Shown here piece after piece: positions 13,296 to 27,104 of a stretch of DNA of 64,000 bases. A model generated the notes under the pieces. That model had not been told where the DNA came from. It saw nothing but the letters and a program-made list of their open reading frames with translations, and ran no database searches. Origin of the DNA: Octopus vulgaris (taxonomy: Eukaryota); NCBI GenBank assembly GCA_951406725.2, contig OX597818.1:101184001-101248000 (forward strand), in the 5' to 3' direction. A program made the translations under genes and the position numbers. Every line of letters starts with the position of its first letter. The stretch's first letter is position 1.

Positions 13296-14104
13296 CAGCA
13301 GCTTCATTTGTGATTTAGCCTTAGTTAAAAAAGGTATGATGTAATGTGAGATTCCTCTTCAACTCGTCTACCTTTCGTTGATTCTCCTCAGCTGTGAGGT
13401 ATTTATATTTGTCCTGATGTTTTGTCTCGTAGTGGCGATGGAGGTTATACTCTTTAAGTACGGCAACATTTGCAAAACAATTATGACGCACTGGTTTGTT
13501 ATCAATGTCAGTAAACATGTACTCGGTTTCCCTTCGGATCTGAAAGTCTCTTTCTTCAGCATCGACGTTTCTCATGGTCATTGATATAGATCACTAATAC
13601 TACTACTGAATGACGTCACCTGAAAATGATCACCCGAAAAAGCAGGAATGCGGCTGTTGCGGTGCATTATGAATTTAGTAGATTCACAACGCGCGATAAG
13701 AGAAGCGAAGGAGGCGTTTCCCAGAATGGTTTGTTGCAGTTACAAATAAGATTTGTGACTGTGTTATCATGCCACTTTAATGTGTTATTTTTTGTACAGA
13801 CAGGGTGTAATAATTACAGTGATGTTGTTTCTATTGCTGCTTTGTTCTGACACTCTTAGTAAGAAAGGTAGTGTAGTCAGTGCACTATATAACGTAATGG
13901 CCTGCTTTAGCCACACACTATGTATGTGTTGTTGTGACAAGAAGGCATGGGTGTCGCTGAGGGCAGCAAAGTACTTGATGATACAGACATTTGGACCAAT
14001 TTGATACTGATATCAAAATGGTCCCGCGGGCCGTAGGGAATTGATGCACGGGAGGTGGATCGTGGACTGGAGGTGGCCCACGGGCCGGGAGTTTGACATA
14101 TCTG
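13296..14104 (-). mobile_element. hAT (Charlie/SPIN/Buster-like) DNA transposon, 5' end with decayed transposase N-terminus
   Basis: ORF 13321-13581 (EYMFTDIDNKPV..CFANVAVLKEYNLHRHYETKH..KVDELKRNL, continuing out of frame as AKSQ/NEAAV) matches the GTF2IRD2/SPIN-type zinc-finger N-terminus. The terminus CAGATATGTCAAACTCCCGGCCCGTGGGCC is a typical Charlie-group end. Confidence 0.85.
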
Positions 14105-14139
14105 ACTTAGCTTCTTTTTTGCCGTCCATGCTTCGTTGG

Positions 14140-14335
14140 ATTTCTTCCGCCTTTACGTTCTGAGGTGAAATTCCGCTGACATCGACATTACCTTGCATCT
14201 TTTCGGGGTCAATAACGAATGTGCCTGTTGAACATTGGGGTCGATCTAATCAACAAATTTAATCTAATCACAAGGCCACTAAACTCGGTGGCACAAGGCC
14301 ACTAAACTCGGTGGTCTTGTTTCAAAGTATGAAAT
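14140..14335 (+). mobile_element. SINE family B, diverged
   Basis: TTACGTTCTGAG..AAATTCCGC..TTTCGGGGTC..TGGGGTCGATCTAATC. Confidence 0.65.
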
Positions 14336-15066
14336 CAATAAACATTCAAGTTCACAGATCAATTGTAACATTACAGACTTTACGTTTTCGCAATAGGAAA
14401 TAGGGATGCGGTGACTTAGTAGCAATACATTTCGAAATCTTCAGGAAATTGTTAAGGAAAAATTACCAGAAGACATCAACGACCAAATATTCTTTAAACA
14501 AAACGTATTGTCACACAGTGGATGCACAGGATGTGACACGTTATCAACCTTTCAGATACACTTTCTGTAAAGTTCGTATTCTTTCAGAATTAGCAGGATA
14601 TCATACGTAACCTTAGGCAGAACGGATAGGGAATATAAAGTGATTCACTACATGTAAACTGAAGTGCAATTTAAATCCCGTAGCATGGTGCTACAGATTA
14701 CTCATGCATTCACACATATTTTGTTTATAATTGCATACACTCACACAGAAACACAAACGTGCAGTCACAAACACAGAAGCACACAATCACAGACAAGCAT
14801 ACTCACAAGCAAACACAAACACATTCACACTGAGATTGACAGAGTCGGATACAATTACACACGTATTTATGTACAAAGACTTGCACAAACACACACACAA
14901 AAGAAACAAACGCTCGTACATTCCGTTAGGTAGGTAATTTAGATCGCGTTACGAGTGTACTTTCTAAAACACATTCCTTTGCACGCTCCGTACACATGTG
15001 CAAACGCTGCATGTATATTATATGCGCAAGTATAAGTAGCAAATCACTCAACCAACTATCCATCAA

Positions 15067-15138
<72 letters not shown>

Positions 15139-15301
15139 CATATATACATATATATATATTTATATTTATATATACATATATACATATATGTATATAAATA
15201 TATATGTGTAGATATACATACATATACATATGTATACATATACACATAAAAATACCTACACACACACACATATATATATACATGCATATATATATATATA
15301 C

Positions 15302-15372
<71 letters not shown>

Positions 15373-15789
15373 ATTTTGTATGTATGCGCGTTTGCATTTA
15401 TATATATATATATATATATATATATCTATAATACACCTACGTATTTGTGCTTATGGGAATTACGGTGTATATAAATATATTTTCCCTCAAATATGTTTAA
15501 ATTCGTATTTTCAACGTTTAGTTTATTTTGCAATGTTTTTAACCCATTGACATCAAGTACTTTCGGTGATAGTGTATCTAATTACTTCATTTCTATTGAT
15601 TGCCTTTATCTGACTTGTTAATTATTTAGTTTTGTGTTAAAAGCATCGCATCGGTGCTACCAATATATTCGAGATTATCAAATACTATTAATTCTAATTA
15701 TCCAATATCTGCATCTCTTTAAGTTATACAATCTTAACTACATAGAAGGGCAAAGTTAAGCATCTATCCGCAATATTAATCGTATTCCC

Positions 15790-15985
15790 TGAGGCGTTCT
15801 GGTCTAATCGTTAGCACGACGAGGGAGCTGCTTAGACGCTTTTTGTCTGTTTTTATGTTCTGTGTAATTCGACTTAGCCTTTTATCCTCTCGGTTCGATA
15901 AAATTAATACCAGTTAAGCACTTTGGTATGTGTAATCACCATACAATCTACCCCGAAATTGCTGGCGTTGTAACAAAATTTGAAA
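15790..15985 (+). mobile_element. SINE family B, diverged
   Basis: CGACTTAGCCTTTTATCC..GATAAAATTAATACCAGTTAAGCACT..CCCGAAATTGCTGGC. Confidence 0.6.
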
Positions 15986-17047
15986 ACAAATTTATCCGCA
16001 TTTGCCGTTGTTTAGTGGTGTGGATTAAGAAATTGCAAAAAAATATTATTTATTTTAAAATAATTATAATTCATAAAATTTTATATTTAATTAAGTATTC
16101 ATACCTTCTGTCTCGGAATTCAAATTCTCTTCATTCCTAAAACAAGAGAAAATTCTTCCTGTGCTATAAATCATTCCCTCTGATATAATGTCAACAACCG
16201 CTAGCTAGTATGCACGTATAAGTTGTAATATATTGATTTCGTTATAGCTATATATCATCAGTAGTGTCATTTGATCCTATAGTTAATTGTCTTTGAATAT
16301 ACCACTTATATTCTATTTGCAGTCTGAACACACACACACAGGTGCACACACAAAATTCATACACATCCGTATATATACATACATAAATATACATATGTGT
16401 ATGCATGTATATGGATGAATATATTTTAGTATAACTTATATCAGTTGCTCCCCTATGGAATATCATAATCATGTATAACATTTTCTCGATTTGTTTACAC
16501 CTGCCCACGGAAAACGCTGGAAAGATTTATTGAGTAGGACCCAAGTCCTACTCAATATCGTTAAATTCTAATTACGATATAAGTATTTAGAGCGTCTTTT
16601 TAAAATTGTTTTGTATCACATATTCATATGAAATTTATTTTGAGGAATAATTCTCAATACACTCAATATAAGATTTCTCAAATCCTCTAAAACTTTTCAC
16701 CTCAATACAATAAAAAGTCGTCTGCAGGTATCCATATATTTCATGCAAGGTCGGAAAAATATTTAGTGCATGAGAATCGAATATCCTAGACCCTAATAGC
16801 GTAGGTATCAATTAGCCAAATAACCATGGTTCACAAATTGGAAACAATTTCTTTAGCAAAGGATAATTATGGTGATCTATCTAACCTTCGGATGCCCTTT
16901 GTCAATATGAAAGCAGTTTCGCTACCACATATACACAGTTTTGTCTAAAAAATTCCCCCTATACACCATATTAACTTAAATATCATGCAGAATGCAATAT
17001 GTCGCTGGTTAGTATTTCTGTTTTTAACTCTTACGCCATATGCCCAC

Positions 17048-17123
17048 GGGCATATGGCGTAGTGGTTAAGAGCATGGGTTACTAAACCGAACGTTCCGAG
17101 TTCGATCCTAGGCAGTGACCTGA

Positions 17124-17190
<67 letters not shown>

Positions 17191-17360
17191 CATCGAAAAA
17201 TACCTTACGAATGGGAACCCAATTTCGAAATTACCCCAACACACCTGATGAGTATATCAGACAAAACGTTGCGTTAACAACAAAGATGAGGACAAAATCC
17301 GTCAAAATGTAAATAATTTAAATAATGTACATAATTCCTCATCACTTCAATATAGAACTG
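17048..17360 (+). mobile_element. tRNA-headed SINE-like element with internal (AAT)n and an HHR-bearing tail
   Basis: A box TGGCGTAGTGG, B box GAGTTCGATCC and (AAT)n at 17123-17187. The tail contains CTGATGA (17245)...AAAACGTT and is homologous to 52058-52230 and 53010-53066. Confidence 0.75.
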
Positions 17361-17574
17361 AATGATTGTGATTGTTCATTTTCTGACATCCTTTGATGAG
17401 AAAGCTCTAAATGTAAGCATAGCACACATTAGATTATATTTACTTTTAGAACACTTTAATTTAAATGCGTGTTTTGGATGGTATTGTTACTTGGTAATTA
17501 GTCAGTTTCGTGTGGATTGTTTTTGTCTCGAATTTTCCAATTGAGTTTGCTTTAATTCGCATGTATTCATCTCG

Positions 17575-18475
17575 TGTATGCATCCATGACCCAGATAACT
17601 TTCCAACATCCTTGGGGCATATGCATTCAAGGAATTTAGGGGAGTAGGATTCTATTCAGGCAAGGAAACTCTAAGGTCTACTTCAAAAGGAAACTTTGAG
17701 ATTTCATAGTTTGTGCAAATTTTGCTGTGACCTGCTTTGCTTGTGGTCCATTGAAAAGCTGCAACAAATGTTCTCTGTCACTCCAATGACAAAGCAACCA
17801 TTCAACTGTTTCCTACATTTCCATTGCAAGTGGTGTGGGATTCAATAAGAAAGAGTGCAAAGTATGTCGACCGTCCTGCTTTGTCATCTGTCATTAGAGC
17901 AGAACACTATGGGGATGAAATTCCACCCGTGGAAAGCAGTCAGCAGTTCAAATGAATCAGATGATGATTTCGACGACCAACTGGATGTGAAGACCAAATG
18001 GATTACAGGCATTTTTAAATGAGCCACATATGCCCCCCCCCCCACCCTAATACGTTAAGAACTATTGGATCATTTGTATTCGACAGCTGCGACTTTCCAC
18101 GACAATGCTTCGTGACTTGAACAATGCGTAGATAATATGGTGTTTTAGCAAAAGATAAAAAGAAAACAGCGTCCAAATTCCAAGAGAAAATACTTTGCTG
18201 AAGTTTTTGACACACATATTGAACCGGGCTTCATTTATTACCAGAAAATAACAAGACAAACTTAGCTGAAATTTTGAATTCATTAGATGAAGAGTGTGCT
18301 GAAGAATCCTTGAAGATTCGTCTTGAAAGAGGCGCCCACATGCAGTTCCTTTCAAATTGGACAAGGTCACTGATGAGTATGGTGAATTATTTAATGAAAC
18401 GATCGCTACTGTTTAAACACGGTACAAAGGCTCAGCCGATAAACGCAAGACGATAGCATTTTGCTGGCTTCATTT
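17575..18475 (+). mobile_element. Sola2-like DNA transposase relic, internally deleted
   Basis: Fragments CIHDPDNF, SNHST, GVGFNKKE, PALSSVIRAEHYGDEIP, SLKIRL and VTDEYGELFNETIATV*TRYKG..FCWL are colinear with the recalled motifs PDNFCYICG, NH..DCYFC, SA.RPVPH, SLKIHFLHSH and VSDEHGERFHQDI..RYQG..DYCW. The superfamily label is from memory. Confidence 0.6.
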
Positions 18476-19832
18476 TCTCTTTCATTTTTATTACATGTGA
18501 CTTTACAGTGAAATCAATATTGTTATTTTTACGCGATAATTTTCTTAAGTGTATATTATTATTTTAAGAGTGATTATTTATAGCTTAGTCCATTAATAAA
18601 ACATATTCATTGTTCAGATGATGAGATGCTGTCTCTCTTAATGCAATATATTTAGAGCAGCTTGTAGTTCAAAACGTCGACGTGATGGAAGAAAATACAT
18701 TTCGTAGTCATAACGAGTACCCTAAAACTGATTAAAACCACCGAAACTAGGATCATGTACGTTAATTAATGTGAAACAAATTTTGTTTTTTGTTATTGCT
18801 AATATTACATCTGAGAATTCGACATTAGTGTTCTTCTATCGTATACAGATTTATATATGCGATATTGTAAATTGTAAACTAAACTATTTGTTGTGAGATA
18901 ATATTTAAATATAAATTACCTGCAATGCTGAATTCAAGTTGATGATTAAATTGATTTGAATCAATCAAAATCTATGTGGAAAAAAATTTCATTGATAAAT
19001 ATTATATAGCAAATATAAATAATGTAGAGGAGAGCAATATTCCCTCTCCATAAAACGTCATGTCATAAAATTCTCGAACATGCAGCAGATACATTTGATA
19101 TGTTACTTTCTAAAGGAGATAAGCTGTGGAAATGATAGAAAGGTGACCTCAAAGTATGAGTACATTTAGACATGGAGCTTTATGGTTTCGCTTAATATCG
19201 CGTGAGATATGAATTTGCTGTATAAAGTGATTGCATATGTGCAAATAATATAGAATCATCAAGTAAATGCAATGTTTCCCTTTGGAATAGATGACTGTTC
19301 AACAACTGAAGAAATATGAAAAAAAATCCCTAACAAACAAGACGAAAATCTCGATGCAGAGTGAATTTCATTGATATTATATTTACACCACGAACTTCGT
19401 TTACTCAACCAAGTAGACAGCTTATAGTCTTATATTAACACAGATACACATTATTGCGAGCAGACGTTATAATTTATGTGATACATATAATCATACTGAT
19501 AATCATAAGTCTCATTCGATCAAGTTTTGTAATGTTTATGGTTGATGGTTCATATACTGGCGCGTTATTAGGTCTTAATTTGTCAATACCGGAGGGATAA
19601 TTGACAAGATAATGATGAGATAAAAAACGGAATTATGTCGTATTATGACTATCCTGCCATTCACAGCATAAATACCAGTGTAAAGCCAACAAAATGTATG
19701 TAAAATGCAATACAAATTGGATACTTTCAGAATTCTCTTGAGACATTGAAACACACATGTATGTTTGTATGTTTGTGTGCGTGCGCGCGGGTCTGTGCAT
19801 GTGTGTTTACACGAATACATATATTCATACAT

Positions 19833-19916
<84 letters not shown>

Positions 19917-20702
19917 GAAAATATGTACATAAAATCATATATATATATATATGCTGTGATAAATATATATGCGCTCAGTGTATGTACACATAAATGAGTG
20001 TCATTATGTGTAATAAATGTATCCATATAGGTAAAGATACGAGGGAATATCACACGCCAATGTAATGATTATTGCATATAGCTGTATCTCAGAGAATTAG
20101 GTATAGCATATTTCGAATAAGTACTAATACAATATATGAGGCATATTTGAAGATTTCAGGTTACGCGTATATTGGACTTGATTGCACAAATCGGATAAAA
20201 ACTGTTATACCATTGGTCATCGGTATATTTTGATAACCATGATTTTTATCAAATCAAATTATACAAAATTATTTAACTTCTTGTGAGATTCAATACGTCA
20301 TAGCATACAGAAATATCGATCCTAACTCCTCGGAACTCGTATATACATTATACATATACACTATTAAAGTGGTATAATTCAAATATAGAGCGTAAGATGA
20401 AATATCTCACCGAGAATGTTATGAAAAATCCATAAATATATATAACAAACAAATAAATGGAGAGAAATGGGAATCTAACAAAGTATATAGTTAACCAAAT
20501 TATTATTTGTCTTCCATAAAATTAATTAATGTCACACACTCACAATCGAGAAAATGAAATAGAACAATTAAGTACACTTGCACTAAAGTCTTTGTATTAT
20601 AACATAAATTATCGTAAACATACAAACAAAGGTGCATACATCATACACATACGTATACACAATCACATACTGCTGCATCAATACTTCAAACATACACCGG
20701 AG

Positions 20703-20764
<62 letters not shown>

Positions 20765-21257
20765 ATGTGTGTGTGTCTGTGCATGCGTGCGTATCTCTCT
20801 CTCTCTCTGTCTCTCTCTCTTGATATATATATATGTATGTATACACACACACACATATATATATTCACGCACACACATGCACACGCACACTCGCACACAC
20901 AAATATGTTTGCGCGCGTGTCTATGCATAAAACGATATACTTTAATGGAAAATATATAAATTGTCGATCCATATTATCATTTCCATATTATAGAGGAAAC
21001 AATATGTTGTAGCTACAGATGAATGAAAATTTTTCTAGGATCTTGCAGGCTGCAACGTGATTCCCAGACACTGAAGTTATCATCGGCAACGATTGATGTC
21101 TTTAATGCAATTGAGATATCAACGTATTGAAGCGCAGCATTGACGTATCTTAATAAATGCGTGCTATCTGTGAGAGACATACACATGTCACTCTAGAAAC
21201 CATGCTATTTTTCAATTTGACTTCACAGAGTCGCAGGTTTCTGAAAATATATATGTA

Positions 21258-21690
21258 GGCGCAGGAGTGGCAGTGTGGTAAGTAGCTTGATTGCCAACCA
21301 CATGGTTCCGGGTTCAGTCCCACTGCGTGGCATATTGGGCAAGTGTCTTCTACTATAGCCGCGAGTCGACCAAAGCCTTGTGAGTGGATTTGGTAGACGG
21401 AAACTGAAAGAAGACCGTCGTATATATGTATATGTATATATACAAATGTGTGTGTGTGTGTGTGTGTTTGTGTGTTTGTGTTTGTTATCCCAACATCACT
21501 TGACAACCGATGCTAGTGTGTTTACGTCCACGTAACATAGCAGTTCGACAAAAGTAAAAGTGATCGATAGAATATGTACTAGGATTGCAAGGAATAAGTT
21601 ATGGGGTTGATTTGCTCGACTAAAGGCGGTGCTCCAGCATGACCACAGTCAAATGACTAAAAAAAGAAAAAGAATAAAAAAGTAAAAGAA
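21258..21690 (+). mobile_element. SINE family A, full length (tRNA head, internal TA/TG tract)
   Basis: GGCGCAGGAGTGGCAGTGTGGTAAG..GGGTTCAGTCCC..TTGGGCAAGTGTCTTC..GTGCTCCAGCATG. Confidence 0.9.
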
Positions 21691-22215
21691 TTTAAAAAGT
21701 GAGAGTAAGTATGTATGTATCGCTATGTATGTGAAGATAGCTTTATAAAGGAAAGTGTATGCGTGTGTACGTGTGTATGTGCGTCTCAATGTGTGTGTAT
21801 TCATGTGAATAAACGTATATATGAATTTCTTTATATATCACCTTTTTCACTGTTTCTCACTCCGTCTCTCTCTCTCTTCATATATATCATACTGATTAGG
21901 ACGGAGTATTAACTGCGAAAGATCGATGTATGTGTTTCCCATTCACCTTCGGAGGTATGCATAAATGTTTCGCGTGGATTTAAACCTCTATCATCAAAGG
22001 AACCTCCCTAGGTATAACACAACCCTGATACGTTTAAGAGCATACGTACATTAAGCATATGTATATTACGTATGTGATGTTGATAACGTTCGTACCATAG
22101 ACCTTATTCAATCAAAAATTTGAATAAATGAATTTGTAGTGTATGCTCATGTATATATATACATATATTATACATATAAGCATACATGTGTAAAAAACAT
22201 GTATGTACATATATG

Positions 22216-22285
<70 letters not shown>

Positions 22286-22802
22286 GGTGCATGTGTGTGT
22301 ATGTGCGTGTGTGTATGCTCATGTATTGCATACACATAAATTTATAGTCATCTATGTGTGCTGTGTTTGATTTTGATGTGTTAGTGTCTGTCTTGGTACG
22401 TTACTGGATATGTATACATAAATATAAATAAATATAAAAAAAAGCATTAGAGGATATGAATATCGATTTAATTCCCAGTTCAAATTCAATACAAAATACC
22501 AAAAGCTGTACCGAAATGTAATTTTTTTTTCCACAGCTTATATCGAATATTAGTTGAGATAAATCGATTTCCATAAACTAGTTAATAAGAAAAAGAAACA
22601 AACTCGAAAAAGTAACACGCGAATTAAATATCAACTATATTGGTCTCGCAATATCGACCTGAGAAATCGATTAAAAATAAGCAAGACCTGCAGGTTTCGA
22701 AGCAGTTCCTCACAATTTATACATAGTATAGTATACCAGATCAATACGAACTTGGAATATACAATGTACAAATGTATAATATATTTCTAGATCTACATAA
22801 AC

Positions 22803-22877
<75 letters not shown>

Positions 22878-22882
22878 CCTAT
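22803..22882. repeat. (TATC)n microsatellite (also at ~23325-23366 and ~24350-24430)
   Basis: Direct reading. Confidence 0.95.
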
Positions 22883-23322
22883 CTCTCTGCATGTGTTTGT
22901 GTGTATGTATGTGTTTTTATGTACGTTCATACACATGGATACTTGTGCATATTATGTTTCCAGTTGCGTGCGGTATAGGTGTGTGCTGTGCTTCCCTTTT
23001 GAAGTTAAAATACTTTACTCTCTTAATAATCAAGCAATATTAATGTAGGAATTTACAAATCATTTCTATGCTAAATATTATTCATAAATTCATAAGGTAT
23101 ACAGTATACTTAGTTACTCGACACACACACAAACACACACACAAGTACACACACACGTGCATACACACACACGTGCATACACACACAAACACACACACAC
23201 ATATATGTATTACAGGATCAGCCATTTTTCTTTCAATTTACCTGCATGTTATTGGAACTTCACCCAGGCATGTAGATACCCGTCTGTCTGTCTCCGTCTC
23301 TATCTATCTCTGACATATATAT

Positions 23323-23426
<104 letters not shown>

Positions 23427-24349
23427 ATCACTCTCTCTACACACACACGCACACACATACAGACACTCTCTCACACACAATCTCTCTCACAAACCCTCTC
23501 TCTCACGCACACATATATACGGATTATGCCATCGCGTTACGCAAACGAATTATAACGTATGAATTCATACAATAAATTACGTATCAATTATCTAAAATTA
23601 CGTATCCATTTTCTAAAATCTGCTATATATATTTTTGGAGATAAGCCTGCATATGTATATATATATTTGTGTGCGTGCATGGGTGCATATATGCGAGCAA
23701 ATTGCTGTATGTGTTTGTCCTTGTGTGTTTGTATATAATATCACGTATTTTGAATACTTATCTCAATGACTTCTCAATAATTCCATATGAATGTCTACAA
23801 TACTATGTATGGTGTGCTAACACCAATGATTTGCTTATACGTAAGCAGTAGCTGAACGTATTTGTATTGCTTTCTTCAAGTTTGGTGGAACGACCACCGT
23901 TTTGACTGGCATGTTCCAAATTACTTTTGACTACTTCGCGTCTGTTGGATCATACCTAATACATATTTGGACAAATTACATTTTAATCATATACATCCAT
24001 TTGTGAAGTGTGTGAGTGTGTGTATAAAGACATCGATAGACTGATAGGTAAATAGATAAAGTGTTTCATATTGAGCTAGATCTGCAGTTATTTTGTTTGA
24101 TAGTTAAATAGATACATACATAGATATTTAGAGACGTAGACTTCATTTTCAACATGAAACAGCATGTCACATGACAGATGTTTGAATCTGTTGTTTGTCA
24201 GAGGTTTTGTATAATGGTAGAAGCGAAGGAAACTCCCTATCTTCTATGTTTACTCAGCATAATCGGTATGGCATTCGGCAAAACAATTTAGCTATCACTT
24301 CTTAGTGAAAATTGCATCATATTACATATATTCATTATATCATCCCCCA

Positions 24350-24431
<82 letters not shown>

Positions 24432-24469
24432 ACTACTTATATATATATATATGTGCGTGTGTGTGTGTG

Positions 24470-24618
24470 TGTGTGTGGTAAGTAGCTTGCTTACTAACCA
24501 CATCGTCTCCGCTCAGTTCCATTGCGTGGCTCCTTGGGCAGGTATTTTGTACTATTGCCTCGGGATGACCAAAGCTTTAAGAGTGGATTTGGTAGAGGGA
24601 AACTAAAAGAAGCCCGTC

Positions 24619-24663
<45 letters not shown>

Positions 24664-24850
24664 TACATATATATATATATATATGTGTGTTTGTGTGTGT
24701 GTGTGTGTGTGAGTGTGTGTGTTTGAGCGTATGTATATGTATGTATGTATATATGTATATGAATATGCTTGTCTGTCTATTTGTCTCCCTAACATCACTT
24801 GACAACCGATGATTACGTCAATTAGCGCTTCGGCAAGAAATACCGATAAA
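24470..24850 (+). mobile_element. SINE family A, diverged, with expanded internal microsatellite
   Basis: GTGTGGTAAGTAGCTTGCTT..GAGTGGATTTGGTAG..AGAAGCCCGTCG..CTTGACAACCGATG. Confidence 0.8.
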
Positions 24851-25824
24851 ATAATTAAGAATATAATATAAGATAGAATAATTAATTAAGAGTGACTAAT
24901 TTCATAAGCAGGTGGCCAATATGCAGGATTGTAATATATTTGCAGATGATGATACATATAATGCTTTCTCATCCTTATGGAAGTAATACTTATATATATA
25001 TATATATATGTGTGTGTGGGTATATACATACATACAAATACACACATACACACATGCATATATATATATATGTATACACATACATATTTATATATGTATA
25101 TATATATATATATATAAGAAAAAAGGTTTGAAAATGCAATTTAAACGATGTTTATTTACTTAACCGGTTTCACTCTTTGGTAAAAGATTGTCAAAAGTTA
25201 CATTTAAGGAAACATTGAATAATATGGGTTCAAAAAAAGTTTTTTACATAATTGTCACATTGAATATTATGCATTCAAAAAAGTTTTTTACATAATTGTC
25301 ACATTGGATATTATGAATTCAAAAATGTTTTTTTATACATAATTGTCACATTACATGTATATATATACAATCTTTGGTATATATATACAGCGTTTTGACA
25401 GCAAAAATTAAAATGGATTTTTTGTACATCTCAGAATATTTTAAGTATGTTTTTACTGACCTGTCAGTATTAGCAGAAAGGCTGAACTGAGAGAACAGAA
25501 GAAGTAGCCAATGTGGTGTATACTTCCCCTTTATGCATGAATGATTTTGGGGTTATCAGGAGGTTAGTATGCGGGTGTGAATAGATGTGTCCGTGCCAGC
25601 TGGTCAGATAGCGTCTGTTTGTCACACACATATATATACACACAAACACACACACACACAACAACACACACACACACACATAGTATACAAACACACACCA
25701 CATACAAACAACACACACACACACAGAACACACACACCCACACACAACGCACCCACATATATCACATATACACACAGCACACAAATATAACATGTATCTA
25801 TATATAACATACACAGATATATAA

Positions 25825-25871
<47 letters not shown>

Positions 25872-26675
25872 CACACGCACACATACATACATAATATAAA
25901 TATCACACAAATACACCTAGCATATATATACACACATACAATACACACATACAGCATGTAAGTAATATACATACACAATATATGCATGCAATATACATAC
26001 GCAATACATACATATAATATATATATATATAGACAATGCATATACATATATACACATATACATATAAATAGTGTTTACATCCACATACATAGATGTACCA
26101 CATATACACACAACACACATACATACAATGCATACACATACACGTACGCATACATATAATATATATATACACACACACACATAACATACATACACACACA
26201 ATGCATACATATATATACACGCAATGCATATACATGTATTCATGCATATATAGCACACCTACAATATACATATATACAGTGCACACATACACACAAATAT
26301 ATACACTTAATTGTACACGTACATATACAATACACATACATACAATATACATATACACAATGCGCATGCAAATAATGTACATGTTTATACACACATAAAC
26401 ATGCAAATAAATATACACACACACACATACACACACACACATATATATACACATATATATATATATATATACACACATACATACATACATACATGCACAT
26501 ACATATATTTTTTCACACACATACACACACATATATATATATATAAAATTCACACACCCCCACACACACAAATTACAAACCTATAGCGTACACACTCAAA
26601 TATATCTCTACATACCGCACACACACACAAACAAAGTACTAACATATACACACATACCATGCATATACACACACA

Positions 26676-26708
<33 letters not shown>

Positions 26709-26885
26709 AAAACAGATACATATGTAAATACATACACACGTACACAATGCTCACACACACACACACACACACACATACACACACACCCGCACACAGTGCA
26801 CACACACACACACATATATACACACGTGCACACACACACACACACAACGCACGCACACACACATATACACATACACGCACACAGT

Positions 26886-26919
<34 letters not shown>

Positions 26920-27104
26920 CACTCACACACATACATCACCTACATATATATAATGCATGCGTGTGCATGCCACGTATGTGTGCGGTCAATGCCCGCTAGT
27001 GTGTCCTATGCGTGCCGATGCGCGCATGTGCCCGCCCGCACGATATGCTGTGAGCGTGCGCGCGTCCCTGTGTGCTTGCTCTGGATGTGCTTCCAGGGGG
27101 TATG

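Noticed and set aside
12538-14315. Short local tandem duplications (AAGATCCTGTAATTAAACA x2 at ~12540; CACAAGGCCACTAAACTCGGTGG x2 at ~14270)
   Set aside because: Ordinary slippage duplications with no further structure.
25215-25350. Three ~45-bp repeats that superficially resemble a CRISPR array
   Set aside because: They are head-to-tail tandem units with no unique spacers, in a eukaryotic context with no cas genes.
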